From Callorhinchus milii (Eukaryota): a stretch of 64,000 nt of DNA. The DNA lies in assembly GCF_018977255.1 (NCBI RefSeq), contig NW_024704742.1:30010001-30074000 (forward strand). The letters run 5' to 3'. Under the pieces are notes generated by a model that was given only the letters and a program-made list of their open reading frames with translations, searched no databases and was not told the DNA's origin. Made by a program: the position numbers and the translations under genes. Shown here in pieces: positions 47,846 to 61,631 of this stretch; the first letter of the stretch is position 1, and every line of letters begins with the position of its first letter.

Positions 47846-49825
47846 AGATTCTAAAGTGGGGAACGATTGTTTCTGTGAATACAATGATATACACCATGGC
47901 TTCCTCGATGCTGACAACCCGATTTCAGTGCCATGGCTGGAAACGACCATCGGCTGCTGGTTATTGGGGAGGTGGCGTTGTTTTGAGCACTTGGAGATTG
48001 CACAGGAATAGTTGGGGGAAAGGAAACCATCTCAAACATCAAGAGAATGATAGCCGAGTTAGGTGGAATTGGCTTCAGCAAAGGTGAAGTGGGTTCCCCG
48101 AGGAAAGTAGACACCTACAGAATCCTCATCTTCATCCATCAGGTGTTTGGGGACATTCAGTGTGGCTCCATAGGTCAGCACATAGCATGCTACAACTGGA
48201 TGTAACCATTACCAGCCAAGTGATTCCACGCTTCTTGAATGAAATTCACAACCTGTACATGAGATCTAAATGTCCTGGCAGGAAAACCACCAAATTTAGA
48301 AATAGAATGACATAGAATCCACAGCACCTAAACGTATGTCCATTTAGTCCATACTGTTGTTTATACTCCACATGAACTTCCATCTCTCCTAATCCTCCTT
48401 TCTGAGCTTTCCACTATAACCCTCTATTCCCCTCTTCCATTCGTCATGTCCAAGTTTAGACTACACCAACTTTCTTGAATACCCAACTCCTCCCTTCACA
48501 AGCTGCAGACTATACAGAACTCTGCAGTTTGTGTCCTTTCCTGCACAAGACTCCATGAACCCATTATCCCCATCCTCATCTGACTCCACTGGTTCCCCAT
48601 TCCCCAGCAGATCAAGTTCACGATCCTCATCCTAACATGCAATTCATCCATGGTCTTGCCCCAGCATACCCACGAAATAAACAGTCAATTTACTTTACAG
48701 TATATTCTGTGAAGCGCTTTGGGACATCTCAAAGACATGAGAAGGCGCTATAACAAATGCAAGGATTAGTATTAATATGATACCTCTGCAACCTCCTCAA
48801 ACCTCCCAACGTGAAAAGTGCTATATAATAATAACAACAAAATTTCCATTTGTATAGCGCCTTTCACGTTGGGAGGACGTTCCAAGGCGTTGGATATAAA
48901 TCCAAATCTGTAGGTATCTTGTCACCAAGTCCTGTATCTATGTCCCCATCAATTTCCTCTCAAATGCATTGATGTGTTTTGCTTCAGTCATGACTTTTGC
49001 CAATAAGTGTCACATTCTCACCATTCTCTGTGTATTTGATATAGCACTTTTCATGTTGGGAAGACATCTCAACACACTTCACAGCAGTCACTGAAAAGTG
49101 TAGTGACTGCGCACAGCAATATCCCACAAACAGCCATGAAGCGAATGACCAAAGAGTCAGTGCTTTTAGAAGAGGACAGAATATAAATATTCCTTGCATT
49201 TAATATAGTGCCTTAACAAGTCATTGAGACATCTCAAAGCGCTTCCCCAGATACACTGTAAAGTCAATTGACTGAATATTTTGTGGGGGAAAGAATCAAA
49301 TTGAAAGAAAAAAAAGTTGACATTCCACACATGAGATAAAGTGTTTTTTTGTTGAATGGATACTTGATGTTCAAAACAAATACCTTTATTTTCTAGCAAA
49401 CAACTTACCTTCCAGTTGTCAATTAACAAATTTAAACCAAATTTAACAAATCTTTAAACCAAGAACTTCTTGAAAAGGGACAACAGGGAATTGTTGCTTT
49501 TTAAAAATTAGCCTGCAAAAGAAAATAAATAGTTACACGATTTATATCAAACTGTTTAAAATAAGCTATGTTAAGAATAAACTCATGAAGTTAAAGTTCA
49601 TGAGGTGAAGTGCCAAGTAACGCTGGCCTTTAGATTATCATGTTCACATATTAACTGATTTCAATGTTCTTCGTACAGGTTTCACAATCTGATTTATTAC
49701 CTTGCCGAAGTGTTTGTGCAGATCATTTTGGGACAAAGGTAAGGGGGATAGCAGAGGGATGGTGTGATTGTTACATTGAAATGGTTCACATAATCTTGTT
49801 TCTGAGAATGGCAATGATATAGAAT

Positions 49826-50420
49826 TTCATAGAATGTTACAGCACAGAAATGGCCTATTCTGTCCAACTACTCTGCACCGGTGTTTATACTCTAACACAA
49901 ACCTCCACTCCTCCCTATTTCATAGAATCATAGAATCCTACAACACAGAAGGAGGCCATTCAGCCCATTGTACCTTTGCCGGCTCTTTGGAAAAGCTATC
50001 CAGCCAGTCCCACTCCCTCACTCTTTCACCATAGCCTTGCAATTTTTTTTCTTTTCAAATATATATCCAATTCCCTTTTGAAAGTTATTATTGAATGTGC
50101 TTCCACCACCCTTTCAGGCAGTGGATTCCAGATCGGATTTACTCTATCAAAACCCTTCATAATTTTGAACACCTCGATTAAATCTCCACTAAACCATCTC
50201 TGCTCTAAGAGGAATAATCCCAGCTTCTCTAGTCTCTCCACATAACTGAAGTCCCTTATTTCTTTCTTCTATATCCCTCTATTCCCATTCTTTCTCATAT
50301 TTGCATCAGGTTTCCTCTGAAACACATTAATGCTTTTTGCTTCATCCACAGCTTCCAGCAGTGAGTTCTGCCCTCTACATAAAGAATATTTTACTAAAAT
50401 ACATTTTAGATCTACTACAA
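49826..50420 (-). mobile_element. Nested CR1 3' fragments
   Basis: ERLEKLGLFLLEQRWFSGDLIEVFKIMKGFDRV; CATAGAAT tail repeats. Confidence 0.8.
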
Positions 50421-50905
50421 GCTATCTTATTTTATGCCTCCCATTTGCCCAATTTATAATACAGTCTATTGCATTTTGTCCTGCTGTTAATTTCACCTCA
50501 TTTATAGTTTGGGATAGTTTCATCAGCAGGAGAATAAGGGCTGGAAAAAGGTGTGATCATCGATTATATTCACCAACCTGTCCTCCTCTCCCGCACCAAC
50601 AATCTAGTGGTTTGGCTCACATGTACTGATGCGGTACCTCCTCTGTTTCTCAGGGAAGCTTGAGAAGGAACAAAGTTCTGAAAGTCTGGTACTTTAACCC
50701 AAATCTTTTGGCATTGTGTTACAATATCTTTCTTGGGTGCATTACTCTCTGATGTGATTGGGGAATTATTTCTCCTAAAATTGTACATTGGATTAATGCA
50801 AGCGTCTCAGATACAGTCAAGACAAAATGACTCCCAGAGGTCCTGGAGGCCAAAACATTAACAAGTTGGGTTGGAAATTGGACCTAGCACTGTCAGAAAC
50901 CCAAT

Positions 50906-51527
50906 GAACAATACAATAACAACAAAAGATTACATTTGTATAGCATCTTTCATGTTGGGAGGATGTCCCAAGGCGCTGGACAGTGTACAGCATTTCAGAC
51001 CCGAGCTGGGGTCAGGGAGGAAGAAGGGAGGGGAGGGGAAGGGGGCTGATGGCATGGTCGAAGAGGGGGTTTTGAGGCCAGACTTGAAGGAGGCTAAGGC
51101 GGTGGTGAGGCGGAGTGATTGGGGGATAGAATTACAGAAGTTGGGGGCAGAGTGACTGAAAGCTCTCCCGCCAATGGTGGGGCGGGGGACATGGAGAAGG
51201 CCAGAGCCGGCTGAGCAGAGGGAGCGGGCGGGTTGGTAGGGGCTTAGGAGGTCACAGAGGTAGGGTGGGGCGAGGCCATGGAGGGCTGTGTAGGTGAGGA
51301 CCAGGATCTTGAACTGGATCCTCTGAAGGATAGAGAGTCCATGGAGTCGGGCAAGAATGGGGGCGATGGGGTCACAGAGTTTGGTGCGGGAGAGGACACG
51401 GGCTGCAGAGTTCTGGATTATCTGCAGCCTGTGGAGGGAGGAGTTGGGAAGGCCGACAAGCAGGGCGTTTGCATAGTCGAGCCTGGAGGTGATGAAGGCA
51501 TGAACAAGAGTTTCAGCGGCCTGAGGT
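50906..51527 (-). mobile_element. L2 3' fragment
   Basis: AAETLVHAFITSRLDYANALLVGLP...[12 protein letters not shown], a typical L2 ORF2 C-terminus. Confidence 0.93.
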
Positions 51528-51916
51528 TGTATATACACTTGCGGTTTATATAAATCTATGAATAATAAAGGGGAGAGGCATAGTCAGTGCTTAAAGGGGA
51601 ATTTCTGAGAGGGAACTCAGTTTTTAGGTCTCCCTAAAATATTGGGTAATTGTTTGCTGGGGACTTTCCCATTACTTGTCCATTCTTTTTTGAAAGCCCT
51701 GAATCTCCTCAGTGAACTCTGTCCAAGTTGGGGAACAAGTCTGGACATTCCTGGTGGTCTGCATGGTTGTGTTATACAGGGTGTCTACAAAGTTCTGTTA
51801 CCCCCCATGTTTTTTCTATAGTGCACTGACCAACATTTAAGCATGTGGAAGAATGATGATCGTTGTATTTGGAAGTATTTAATTATATCCAGTACAAGCG
51901 TTTAACTGTATTGTGT

Positions 51917-52209
51917 GTAGTCCTGTAGCTCAGTGGTTAGAGGACTTGCCTCGCAAGCGAGAGACCTTGAGCAAGTTTCCTTACTCCACACGTCTAATAT
52001 TAATCCCTCAAGAAAAAAATAATAATAATAATTTGGTCACTCAATCCACGACTGTTTGTGGGACACTGCTGTGCACAATTGGCTGCCGCATTTCGCCCAC
52101 AAATATACAGTCAATTCACTTTACAGTATATTCTGTGAAGCACTTTGAAACGTCTAGAAGATGTGAAAAGAGCTATATCAAATGCAAGGATTATTATTAT
52201 TATTATTAT
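51917..52209 (+). mobile_element. tRNA-derived SINE, short subfamily, B box deleted
   Basis: GAGACC joins directly to TTGAGCAAG; tail intact. Confidence 0.85.
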
Positions 52210-52631
52210 GATTTAGACATCCAGAGAATTGGTGTTAGCACCATCATTTTAATGACAGATAATGATCTGTTGCCATATTCAATGCGACATCTTCCGTAAC
52301 ATGATGGAGTGATGAGGCAAAATGCATCTCTGACGGATTGTTTCGACTCCTCCATAATCTCATATAACAAGGGGTAAGACAAGAGGACTTTATGGACTCC
52401 CTTTACGCTGAGCAGTCTCTTTACCACCTGAATCATATGTTTAGCTCTACTGTTTCCACCTTTATCAGCCTCTCTCTATTCTTCTATTCTATTCTTGCAA
52501 ACCTGACTAAAGTTCATCTGCAGTAAAATGTGACTCATGCTATATAAATGGAGGAAGACTTTGCACATAGTCCTAAGCAATAAAATTATTAAAAACGAGT
52601 AAGGGAATGTGATCAAGTAGCAGCCTTCCCC

Positions 52632-52952
52632 TCCACTCTTGTCTGTGAATCAGAAGGGTGTGGATTCAAATGCTATGTCGGGATTTGGAACTCCTCTCGC
52701 CTACGCCAATGCAATACGTCCTGCGTTGTTTGAGGCGTCGTCTTTCAGATGAAACGTTAAACCCAAGTTCCGTCTGCCTGGTCAGGTGGATGTTAAAGTT
52801 CCCAGGCACTATTTCGAAAAGAAAAGTGTCCTGGCAAACAACTCCCCATACATAAAAAATGGACATTCACTTAATGGGTGTTTGTGGGACATTGCTGTGC
52901 ACAAATTGCCTGCCGCAGTTGCCTGCAAATACAGTCACTGGGCTTCACAGTA
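52632..52952 (+). mobile_element. DeuSINE copy
   Basis: GAGGCGTCGTCTTTCAGATGAAACGTTAAACC..GTCAGGTGGATGTTAAAG..GGCACTATTTCGAA. Confidence 0.75.
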
Positions 52953-54328
52953 AGGAAAGAGAGAGTCAGGAAGGAAAATTACAGAGGGAGTGTAATTCGA
53001 CGGGCAATCAGATTGCAGGGGCAAACAGATTGCATAATCAGACTCACCCTCCCTGTTCTCTTAATCGAGAACATAACATTACCGGTCTCGCCCCAGAACC
53101 AGTGCTATTTGCGGACCAATTGAAACAAATACTGCTAAAATGAACCGGTTGTGCTGTGCTTGCAATAGTTAGAGCCAATGCAATCAACAATATAATTTGG
53201 GAAGACAAGCTAACTGATACAGCTTCAGCTCAATTAATTGGTGAAGAATTGCCCAGTCATCACATTCTGTAGATAATTGTTATGTTGTGTGGTGCAATGT
53301 CAGGGCAATAACATTGCTGTTACAGCAGGAGATAATCATTGGTACAGTGGCTTATCTGGTACCAGCTAAATGTGAACTCTGACTCCAGGTCAATCATGTG
53401 TCATCATCCCTACATTTGTTTCAAAGATGGAAATAAAAAGCATAGAGCCGACGTGATTTCGGAGCAGGGTTGGGCAGTTAGCAGCAGCTAAAGGAAGGAT
53501 TTGTGGCTTATATAATCACAGTTGCGAAGATGAGTAAAATTCAACAGTGTGTCCTAAGACACAGAGCACAAAGAAGTGCCAGGATTAACAGGCAAAAGTA
53601 CAGACGGTAAAATACTTAGGATTTAAACATCCTAAAGAACGACAAGAAAGAACTTGGGAGTTTTACGCTTGTAGGGTTTTGTAGGCAGCTGTGGCAGTCA
53701 TTTGTGCCAGAAGGGACACACAAGCAAACAGCTGGTAAATACCCAACTAATGAACAATTGTTGAACTTGACACTGGAAGAAACTCCCTTCTCTTTTTCCA
53801 ATTGAATCCCAGAATATTTAGTGTCCAACTGAAAACAGGATGTCGATTTAATATCTCATCCAAAGGGCAGCATTTTTGACAATGCAGTGCTCCCAAATGA
53901 GGTATCAGCTTAAACTGTGAGTTCAAGTACTAAACTAGGGCTTGAATCCACAGTCTGCTGATTTAGAGGCAAGAGTGGTACTGAGGACAAAACTGTTACC
54001 ATTGTGTCAGCAAATTCAAAACAGAACCTGGTAACAATTTGACAAAGAAAGGAAAGAAAAGAGTTATGAAAGAAGTTTAGGATTATTTATTCAAACAGAC
54101 CGCAATGGGTTTTTATCGTCCAGTAGTTCCTCTGTTTATATTCGCAAACTAGCATACAACCACAACAAATAGATGTATTTACAATGCACCATCATTTGTT
54201 TTTCAAGTAAGAATTACAGACACAATTTCCTTCACATAATAAAATCCCAGCGGTAGAATTGTTCAATTTAGATGCTAAATAGTGATCCTTGCACTTGGTA
54301 TCACGCCGTCATAACATCTATGCTGCAG

Positions 54329-54542
54329 TTCCTCTGCCTCGCCCCCTCCCTGGCCTCCTTCACGATCCTCACAAGACCCTCCTCTTCGACCGCATTTGGT
54401 TACCCCATTTCCCCCCCTGCCCTCCACCCTCCCCGATCCCGACCCCCAGCTCAGGTCCGAAACATTGACGGTTCAGCACCTTGGGACGTCTTCCCGATGT
54501 GAAAGGCATTATACAAATGTAATTTTGTTGTTGTTGTTGTTG
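54329..54542 (+). mobile_element. Short L2 3' end inserted in an inverted SINE tail
   Basis: 3'UTR plus (TTG)n, flanked by the two halves of a SINE tail. Confidence 0.75.
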
Positions 54543-55413
54543 TCATGTTGTCAAGACGTGTCAAAGCATTTCACAGGAATTACAGTGACTCTGCATTTTG
54601 CAGGTGGATTTGGCAGCCGACAGTCACTTCGGCAAGGCGTCTAAAGTACCATAATAATAATAATTGTTACATTTGATATAAAGCCTTTCCCATCAAGGGG
54701 ATGTCTCAAAGAGCTTCACAAGATCTACTCTACAGTGTAGTGACTGTGCATTTGTAAATGAACGTGAAGAGGGGATGAACTCCAGGCCAATATCTCAGGA
54801 CATTGACTGTATTATATGAGTTCAATCACTCAATCCAGTTTAAAGCTGAGTTGACTTGTAGTGAACTGCTTCGCGAGATCTTTTTTGAGGTTAATAAATA
54901 GAGAGTGGTATGATGCAGTGACCTCTTCACCTCACTACAAGTGAAGCCAATACTAACACTTTCTGAAGTCAGGGTATTATATAATTCACTACAGAGCAAA
55001 TGTCTCATTCCGAGATATTATTTCAGTCGCTGTTTGCTCTACAGTCAATGATGTAATGTCCTCATGGAAAACATTTGGAGGTTAACACACAGAGAGTGAA
55101 AGACGCAGTAATCACATCATCAGTTGGTGACATTAACGCACAGCCAGTATGTTTGTACAGATAATTCCGACTGAAGGGGAAAACAAATATTGCATAGAAA
55201 TGGGAAGAATTGAACACTGAGGACAGGCAGGAGTTGGGAGAAACTGCAAAATAACAAGTCCTTGGGTTACAAAATAGCATTTATGGATTAGCCCTAAATA
55301 AGATATTTTTCTAAAACAAAAAGGCTGTGAATTTGTGTCAAACATGATTTAAATGTTGAATTTACAGTACTGATGAAATGGCAGTTTATCACTAATGAAA
55401 ATTATTCTCGTTT

Positions 55414-55739
55414 AGTCCTGTAGTGTAATGGTTAGTGCAGTCACCTGGCAAGCATGAGGTCCCAGGTTCGATTCCTGAGTGGACGAAACCACATGCATCT
55501 GTTTACCTAGCAGTAAGTAGGAACTCAGTTGTTAGTCGATTACTGGATCACTTTCCAGTGGTAATAATCCCTCAAAAAAAGATTGAGTCCCTCAATCCAT
55601 GATTGTTTGTGGGACACTGCTGTGTGCAATAGACTGCTGCGTTTTGCCCACAAAATACATTTTACAGTAACTAATGTGAAGCACTTTGTGACATTTCAAC
55701 GATGTCTTCAGGCGCTATACCAAATGCAAGGATTATTAT
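55414..55739 (+). mobile_element. tRNA-derived SINE, long subfamily, diverged
   Basis: AGTCCTGTAGTGTAATGG...GGTTCGATTCC; CTGTTTACCTAGCAGTAAG segment; tail. Confidence 0.8.
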
Positions 55740-57965
55740 GTGTGAAGAGGGTGTGCTACTCACAAGTTAAGAATAAGAGGTAGGCTATTCTGCAATGTGA
55801 ATCATGGTGCCAGTTATCCTACTCAGTACCACACCTAAGTGTATTTAAACCAAACTATCAAGAATTCCACATATGGAAATTTCAGTTTGTCTGGAACAGA
55901 GTGTGCAATCTCCTCCCAATGGAATTCATCCTGTTTACCTAATCCCATAGGTGGCAAGAGTCAAAGTGTGCGTTGGGGTACTTCAAAGTGGAGAATGTAG
56001 AAAGAATATCAATGGGATAATATACACATGACATTAAGATGTATAAACCAGAGTGGAGTGAACAAATGATGAGATCACTGTCTTTACTAGCACAGGTCAC
56101 TATTAATCTTGCATTACATAGAACCATACATATGATCTAATGCCATTTAGAGGTAACACAAGTGTATTGAACATATTTCAAATGCTATTAGTGATACACA
56201 TGGGAGCTGTAATGTTATTTTTAATGTTTAATGGAAGCAGACACATTGCTCTCCCTGCAATCAAGTTGTGTTCCTGAGGGCTGGAATCTCTCTTTTCGAT
56301 TTACTCTGAATAATAAAGTGTAATGTATGTAACTTATCTGTGAGTCTCTCAGTCTTTCAGGCCAGTGACCACCAAACGCTGAATTACTGTCTCCTTGCAG
56401 AGTCTCCTCCTTTGTGTGCACCAGACGTAATTGTAGACGGGCAATAAATAAAAATTCTGGATCCAATTAAATCAATAAATAATATAAATAAAAACAAATA
56501 GACAAACAAAATAAATCAACCTACAATAAAACATGAGTCTTAATAAGTCTTAGTAAGACTTGGATAAGTCTTACCTTTATAAATCGTATAAATGCCTAAG
56601 TCGTACTTTCCCCGAATCCCATTCAGTTTCCTATCAAAACCACTCAAATTTATTTATTTGAAACGCAGGAAATGTAGTCTTCACCCATCACTGCATGCCC
56701 ACTTACTGGCTGCAATGATGAACTACCACATTTGCACTTACCGGCTGCATTGAATTACACATACACAGTTTAGATCATTGATCAAATCAGATTTTCTATG
56801 ATTGCTACAATTTGCCTGCAACTCGGACTTCATTTAAATCATATTAAACTCTATGGTCCTGACCGATAGGACTTATGTGAGATTTACTGTACTCAATAAT
56901 ACAAGACCTTGAGTCAAGGCCAGCCAAATATGTGTTCTGAAGGACAAGTTAATGTATTTGTGCTTAATCAGGGTATTTGGATGAGTACCTGTTACGTGGT
57001 AGTTTCTCAGAGCGATTAAAACTTTGGACGCTTTTCGTACCAATTCCTTAAAATGAACAGAAACATGTGGAATCGCTCTGCACACATCCTGTAACTCTAC
57101 ATCGCAAATTTGATCCCCGTTAATACTCGTGTTACACAATCAATTCGCTCTTCTGGTCACCAGCGCCCCATGTCATAATTGAGGAATATTGACATGATAG
57201 ATGCTTTCGCTGAATGTTGCAATAGCACAGGTTTTCCGAACACTATTTCTATCCCAAGGGTGCATCTGTGATCAAATGACAAAGACTAGCTGTTGCGCTT
57301 GACTTTGGCAACAAAACTGAAATGTGGGCCTCACCCTCTTTCTAACCAGAAACTTGCCACGGGATTTAAGTAATCCATCTGAACCTGAACATTGCCATAG
57401 AAACTCAGTGACTGCGGGATTGTGCACAGGTACAATTGACTCCTTTTACATAACATCACTTGGTCTGAGAAGAGCACATAACCTAGATCCCCACCAATGA
57501 GAGGGTGCCATGCATTAAGAGCTGCCATTGCCACTTGTCCTGACTTTATTGCAACTGGAGAATGAAATGGAAGTTTCCCGATTTTATGCTCCTCTTGCAG
57601 AAAGGGACACTCCCAAAGGTTTTGAATTTCAAAGTATTTAATGTAAGAGGAGAAAGAGAGCTCAGGGTATTATTTTTCACTCGTACACAATCAATCTAAT
57701 GCTCATTGTGATCAGAGCTGAATAAAATTAGTTCCTGAGTGGAAATCAGATGAGTTAGAAGTACAATAGTAGCTTGGTATGACATTTTAGTCAACTTGTT
57801 TCAATCTCATGAGCAGTGTAATTATTGGCAATGGAAAAATTGCAATGTAGAATCACGAGGATGTTAACAGGGATAAAAAGAGACTTGAGAAGTTAAGTCT
57901 TTTTTCTCCACTGAAGCCATAATAATAATCCTTGCATTTGATATAGCGCCTTATCATGTTAGTGA

Positions 57966-59446
57966 CAAAACAACAACAAAATTACATTTATAGAACGCCT
58001 TTCATGTCAAGAAAGTGCTGAACAGTCAGGTGTCGGGGACCGAACATGGGGGAGGGGTGGTGTAAGGGTGAGCAAAGGCAGAGAGGTGTGAGGGTGACCA
58101 AAGGCACGATCGAAGAGAAGGGTCTTGGGTCCGGCCTTGAAGGAGGCAAGGGACGAAGCGAGGTGAAGGGACTGTGGGATGGAGTTCCAGAGTGTGGGGA
58201 CAGAGAGGCTGAAAGCCCGGCCACCAATGGTAGGGCGGGAGACACAGAGCAGACAGAGGGAGCGGGCAGGTTGGTAGGGAGTCAGCAGGTCAGAGAGGTA
58301 GGAGGGGGCAAGGCCATGGATGGCCTTGAAAGTGAGGACGAGGATTTTGAACGCGATCTTCTGGGAAATGGGGAGCCAGTGGAGTCGGGCGAGGGTGGGA
58401 GTGATGGGGTCACGGAGCCTGGTGCGCGAGAGCTCAGAGTTTTGGATGATCTGCAGCTTGTGAAGGGAAGAGTTGGGAAGGCCGATGAGGAGGGAGTTCC
58501 CATAATCGAGCCTTGATGTGACAAATGCGTGGGTGAGGGTTTGGGAGCCTGAGAGGTGAGGCAGTGGTAGAGTCTGGCAATATTGCAGAGGTGGTAGTAG
58601 GCAGTGCCGGTCATGGCGCGGATGTGGGGGAGAAAGGACGGTTCAGGGTCAAACAAGACACCCAGGTTCCTGACAGGGCTTAGTGAGGTTGAGTGTGCAG
58701 GCGTGGAGGTGCCTGAGGTGCAGAGGCGCTAATGCGAGCCAATCAGGAGGGCCTCAGTCTTGCTGACATTGAGTTGGAGAAAGTTGTCCCTCATCCAGGA
58801 CTTGATGTTGGACAGACAGTCGGTCAGGACGCCAGTCTTCCTGGAGTTCAGGGTGGAGGCAGTGAAATAGAATTAGGTGTCATCCGCATACATGCGGAAA
58901 TTTACCCCATGTTTGCAGATGATGTCACCAAGGGGGAGCATGTAGAGGGTGAAGAGGAGGGGACCGAGGGCAGAGCCCTGAGGAACACCACACAAGATGG
59001 TGCAGGGGCTGGAGAAGAAGCTGTTTGCTGCGACAAAGTGGAGGCGGTGTGAAAGGTAGGACCTGAACCAGTCACGGACAGAACCTTGAAGGTTGAGGTG
59101 GGAGGAGAGGCGGTGGAGGAGAATTGAGTGGTCCACAGTATCAAAGGCAGCAGAGAGGTCGAGGAGGCAGAGGGAGCCCTGGTCACACATGGTCAGGATG
59201 TTATTTGTGACCTTGACCAGATCAGTTTCCGTGCTGTGGGCAGCACAGAAGCCCGATTGAAGGGGTTCATGGAGGGAGTGGGAGGAAAGAGCGAAGCTGG
59301 AAGTCGTTGGCTCTCTCAAGGATCTTGGATAGGAAAGGGAGGTTTGAGATGGGCCGGTAGCTAGATAGCTGTGATGGGTCAACGGAAGGTTTCTTTAAAG
59401 TGGGGGTGATGATGGCTGTTTTGAGGCGGGAAGGAACAGAGCCAGA
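57966..59446 (-). mobile_element. L2 LINE fragment with a frameshifted reverse-transcriptase domain
   Basis: QSGF..AHSTET.LVKVTN, LDLSAAFDTVDH, GVPQGSALGPLLFTLYM and YADDT motifs; multiple frameshifts. Confidence 0.95.
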
Positions 59447-59770
59447 GACGTCTCAAATCGCTTCATGGAATAGATTGTAAAGTGAACTGACTGTGTATTT
59501 TGCGGGCGAAACGCGGCAGCCAGTTCCGCACAGCAGTGTCCCACAAACAGTCGTGGATTGAGTAATCAAATTATTATTATTTTTTGAGGCACTTATTCCC
59601 CCCTGAAAACAATCCACCAACTGACTAACAACTGGGATGCTACTTACTGCTAGGTAAGCAGAGGTGTGCGGAGTAAGGAAATTTGTTTACGGTTTTTCCC
59701 GACCAGGAATCAAACCTGGTTTCGCTCGCTTGTGAAGCGAGTGCTCTAATCAATTTGCTTACAGGACTCC
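59447..59770 (-). mobile_element. tRNA-derived SINE (long subfamily) split by an L2 insertion; tail remainder at 57919-57965
   Basis: Body stops at ...GAGACGTC and resumes TCACTAACATGATAAGGCGC on the other side of the L2. Confidence 0.8.
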
Positions 59771-60272
59771 GAGAAGCTGAGAAGGTTAAGTAGTGACCTG
59801 ATAAAAGTTTTTAACCTTATGAAGGGTTCAGGTTACATATAGGAAACAGTAATAAAGTAGATTATTTCTGATGTTCAATGAGCCAACATGAGGAGCAACA
59901 GTGTGAGATAATCACAAAAAGAATTTGTTTAAAATGTTTTAAAAAAGTCTTCACGCAGAAGGTGGTTTGGAGCCCTCAAGGTGCCACAAATCATTGTTGA
60001 AGCAGAGTCCATAAATTAAATAAATAATAATCTTTGCATTTAACATAGTGGCTTATTGAACCGCTGCATCTGAAAGCACTTTGTAAAGTTTTCTGTAAAG
60101 TGACTTTGTATTTCAGTGGAGTTGTATTAGGTATCACACAGCTGAATAACCAAATTACTGAAAACTACTAGATAGCTGCTCCTAAGAAGACCTTTATCTG
60201 CAGTGTCTGATTGTGTGCTGATCTGCCCATCCCTGCAATTCCTCTTGCAAATAATTCCTTATATTACAATGT

Positions 60273-60592
60273 GGAGTTCTGTAACTTAGTGGTTAGAGCA
60301 CTTGACTCGCAAACGAGTGGACCTGGGTTCAATTCCCGGGCGGGGTAAAACATTGGGCAAGTTTCCTTACTCAACAAGTCTCTGTTTACCTAGCAGTGAG
60401 TAGGAATCCGGTTGTTAGTCAATTGGCCAATCGCTTTTCTATGGGTAATGATCCCTTCNAAAAAAAATAGGCTGCCCCGTTTCACCCACAAAATATACAG
60501 TCAATTCCCTTTACATTATATTCTGTGCTTTGAGACATCTCACAGACATGATAAGGCACTATATCCAATGCAAGCATTGTTAGTATTATTAT
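60273..60592 (+). mobile_element. tRNA-derived SINE, long subfamily (contains an N at 60459)
   Basis: Head, B box GGTTCAATTCCC, central segment and tail present. Confidence 0.8.
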
Positions 60593-61631
60593 AACCAGGT
60601 CCGGGGTTGGAATCAAGTCAGGTCCAAATCCCTGATTGTCCCGCACCTTGGGACGTCCTCCTGACGTCAGGCAACAGTGTTTGTACTGCCACATTTTCCG
60701 TAAGCACTGAAAGATGCCACGACATACTTTTGAAGCTTTACTTATTGGCTATCGCAATGGCATTCCAAACTCTTTTGAGGTTGGAACGGTATTTTGCTTT
60801 TTAGCCTCCCCCTTTATTAAAGGCATTTTATCAAATTACTGATAATTTGTGGGAAGAAATTCCACTTAGGGCCACATGGCATTTATGAGAATCCAGGATT
60901 TGGCAAATTCTTCAATACAGTCTCTAATTTTAAAGTCGATTTTCTTTAAGTTCTTTTAACTCAGATCATTCAGAGCTTGTGCCATCTCCCCCCACTAAGC
61001 TCTGCAAATCGATTACCCCCATCCTCGCCCGGCTCCATTGGCTCCCCACCCCTGCCCTGGCCTCCCTGACATCAGCAGCTTTTTTCCCCAATTTCTGTAA
61101 CTCTATCCCCTTCAAGATCCGTCTCAAGACTTTCCTCTTTGACCATGCCTTCAGTCATCTTTCCACCTATCCCCCAACTCGGGTGCAAACCCTTGACTGT
61201 CCAGTCCCTTGGAACATCCTCCTGACATGAAAAGTGCTTTATAAATGTAATTTGTTTTTGTTGTTAGCCTAGTGTCAGTATGAGGAGTTGCAGAGCCCTC
61301 TAGTGCTTCCCTGGCTGAGATAAGCAAATGCAGAAAAATCCAGGATCGAACCTTGGCTGATTTTACATTTACTCAAGTGACAGCCTTTGATATGACTGCC
61401 CTGTTGCCTGCAGTTTAAACGATATGGAGAAGCAACTCCGTTGTGGCAGGATTACACAAACAGTCAATTCTTTGTGGATTGTTTTATCATTTTTCGTAGC
61501 AATAGCCTCAAACCAGATTTACCATGCTAAACATAACTGCAGGGTTTGCAAATATCAGTTTGCAAAATTTCCAAAAGCCGATGAAGTTGTAGGCAAAGCA
61601 GGTGAGCTCACATCTTTTTTTCAGGATCTCA

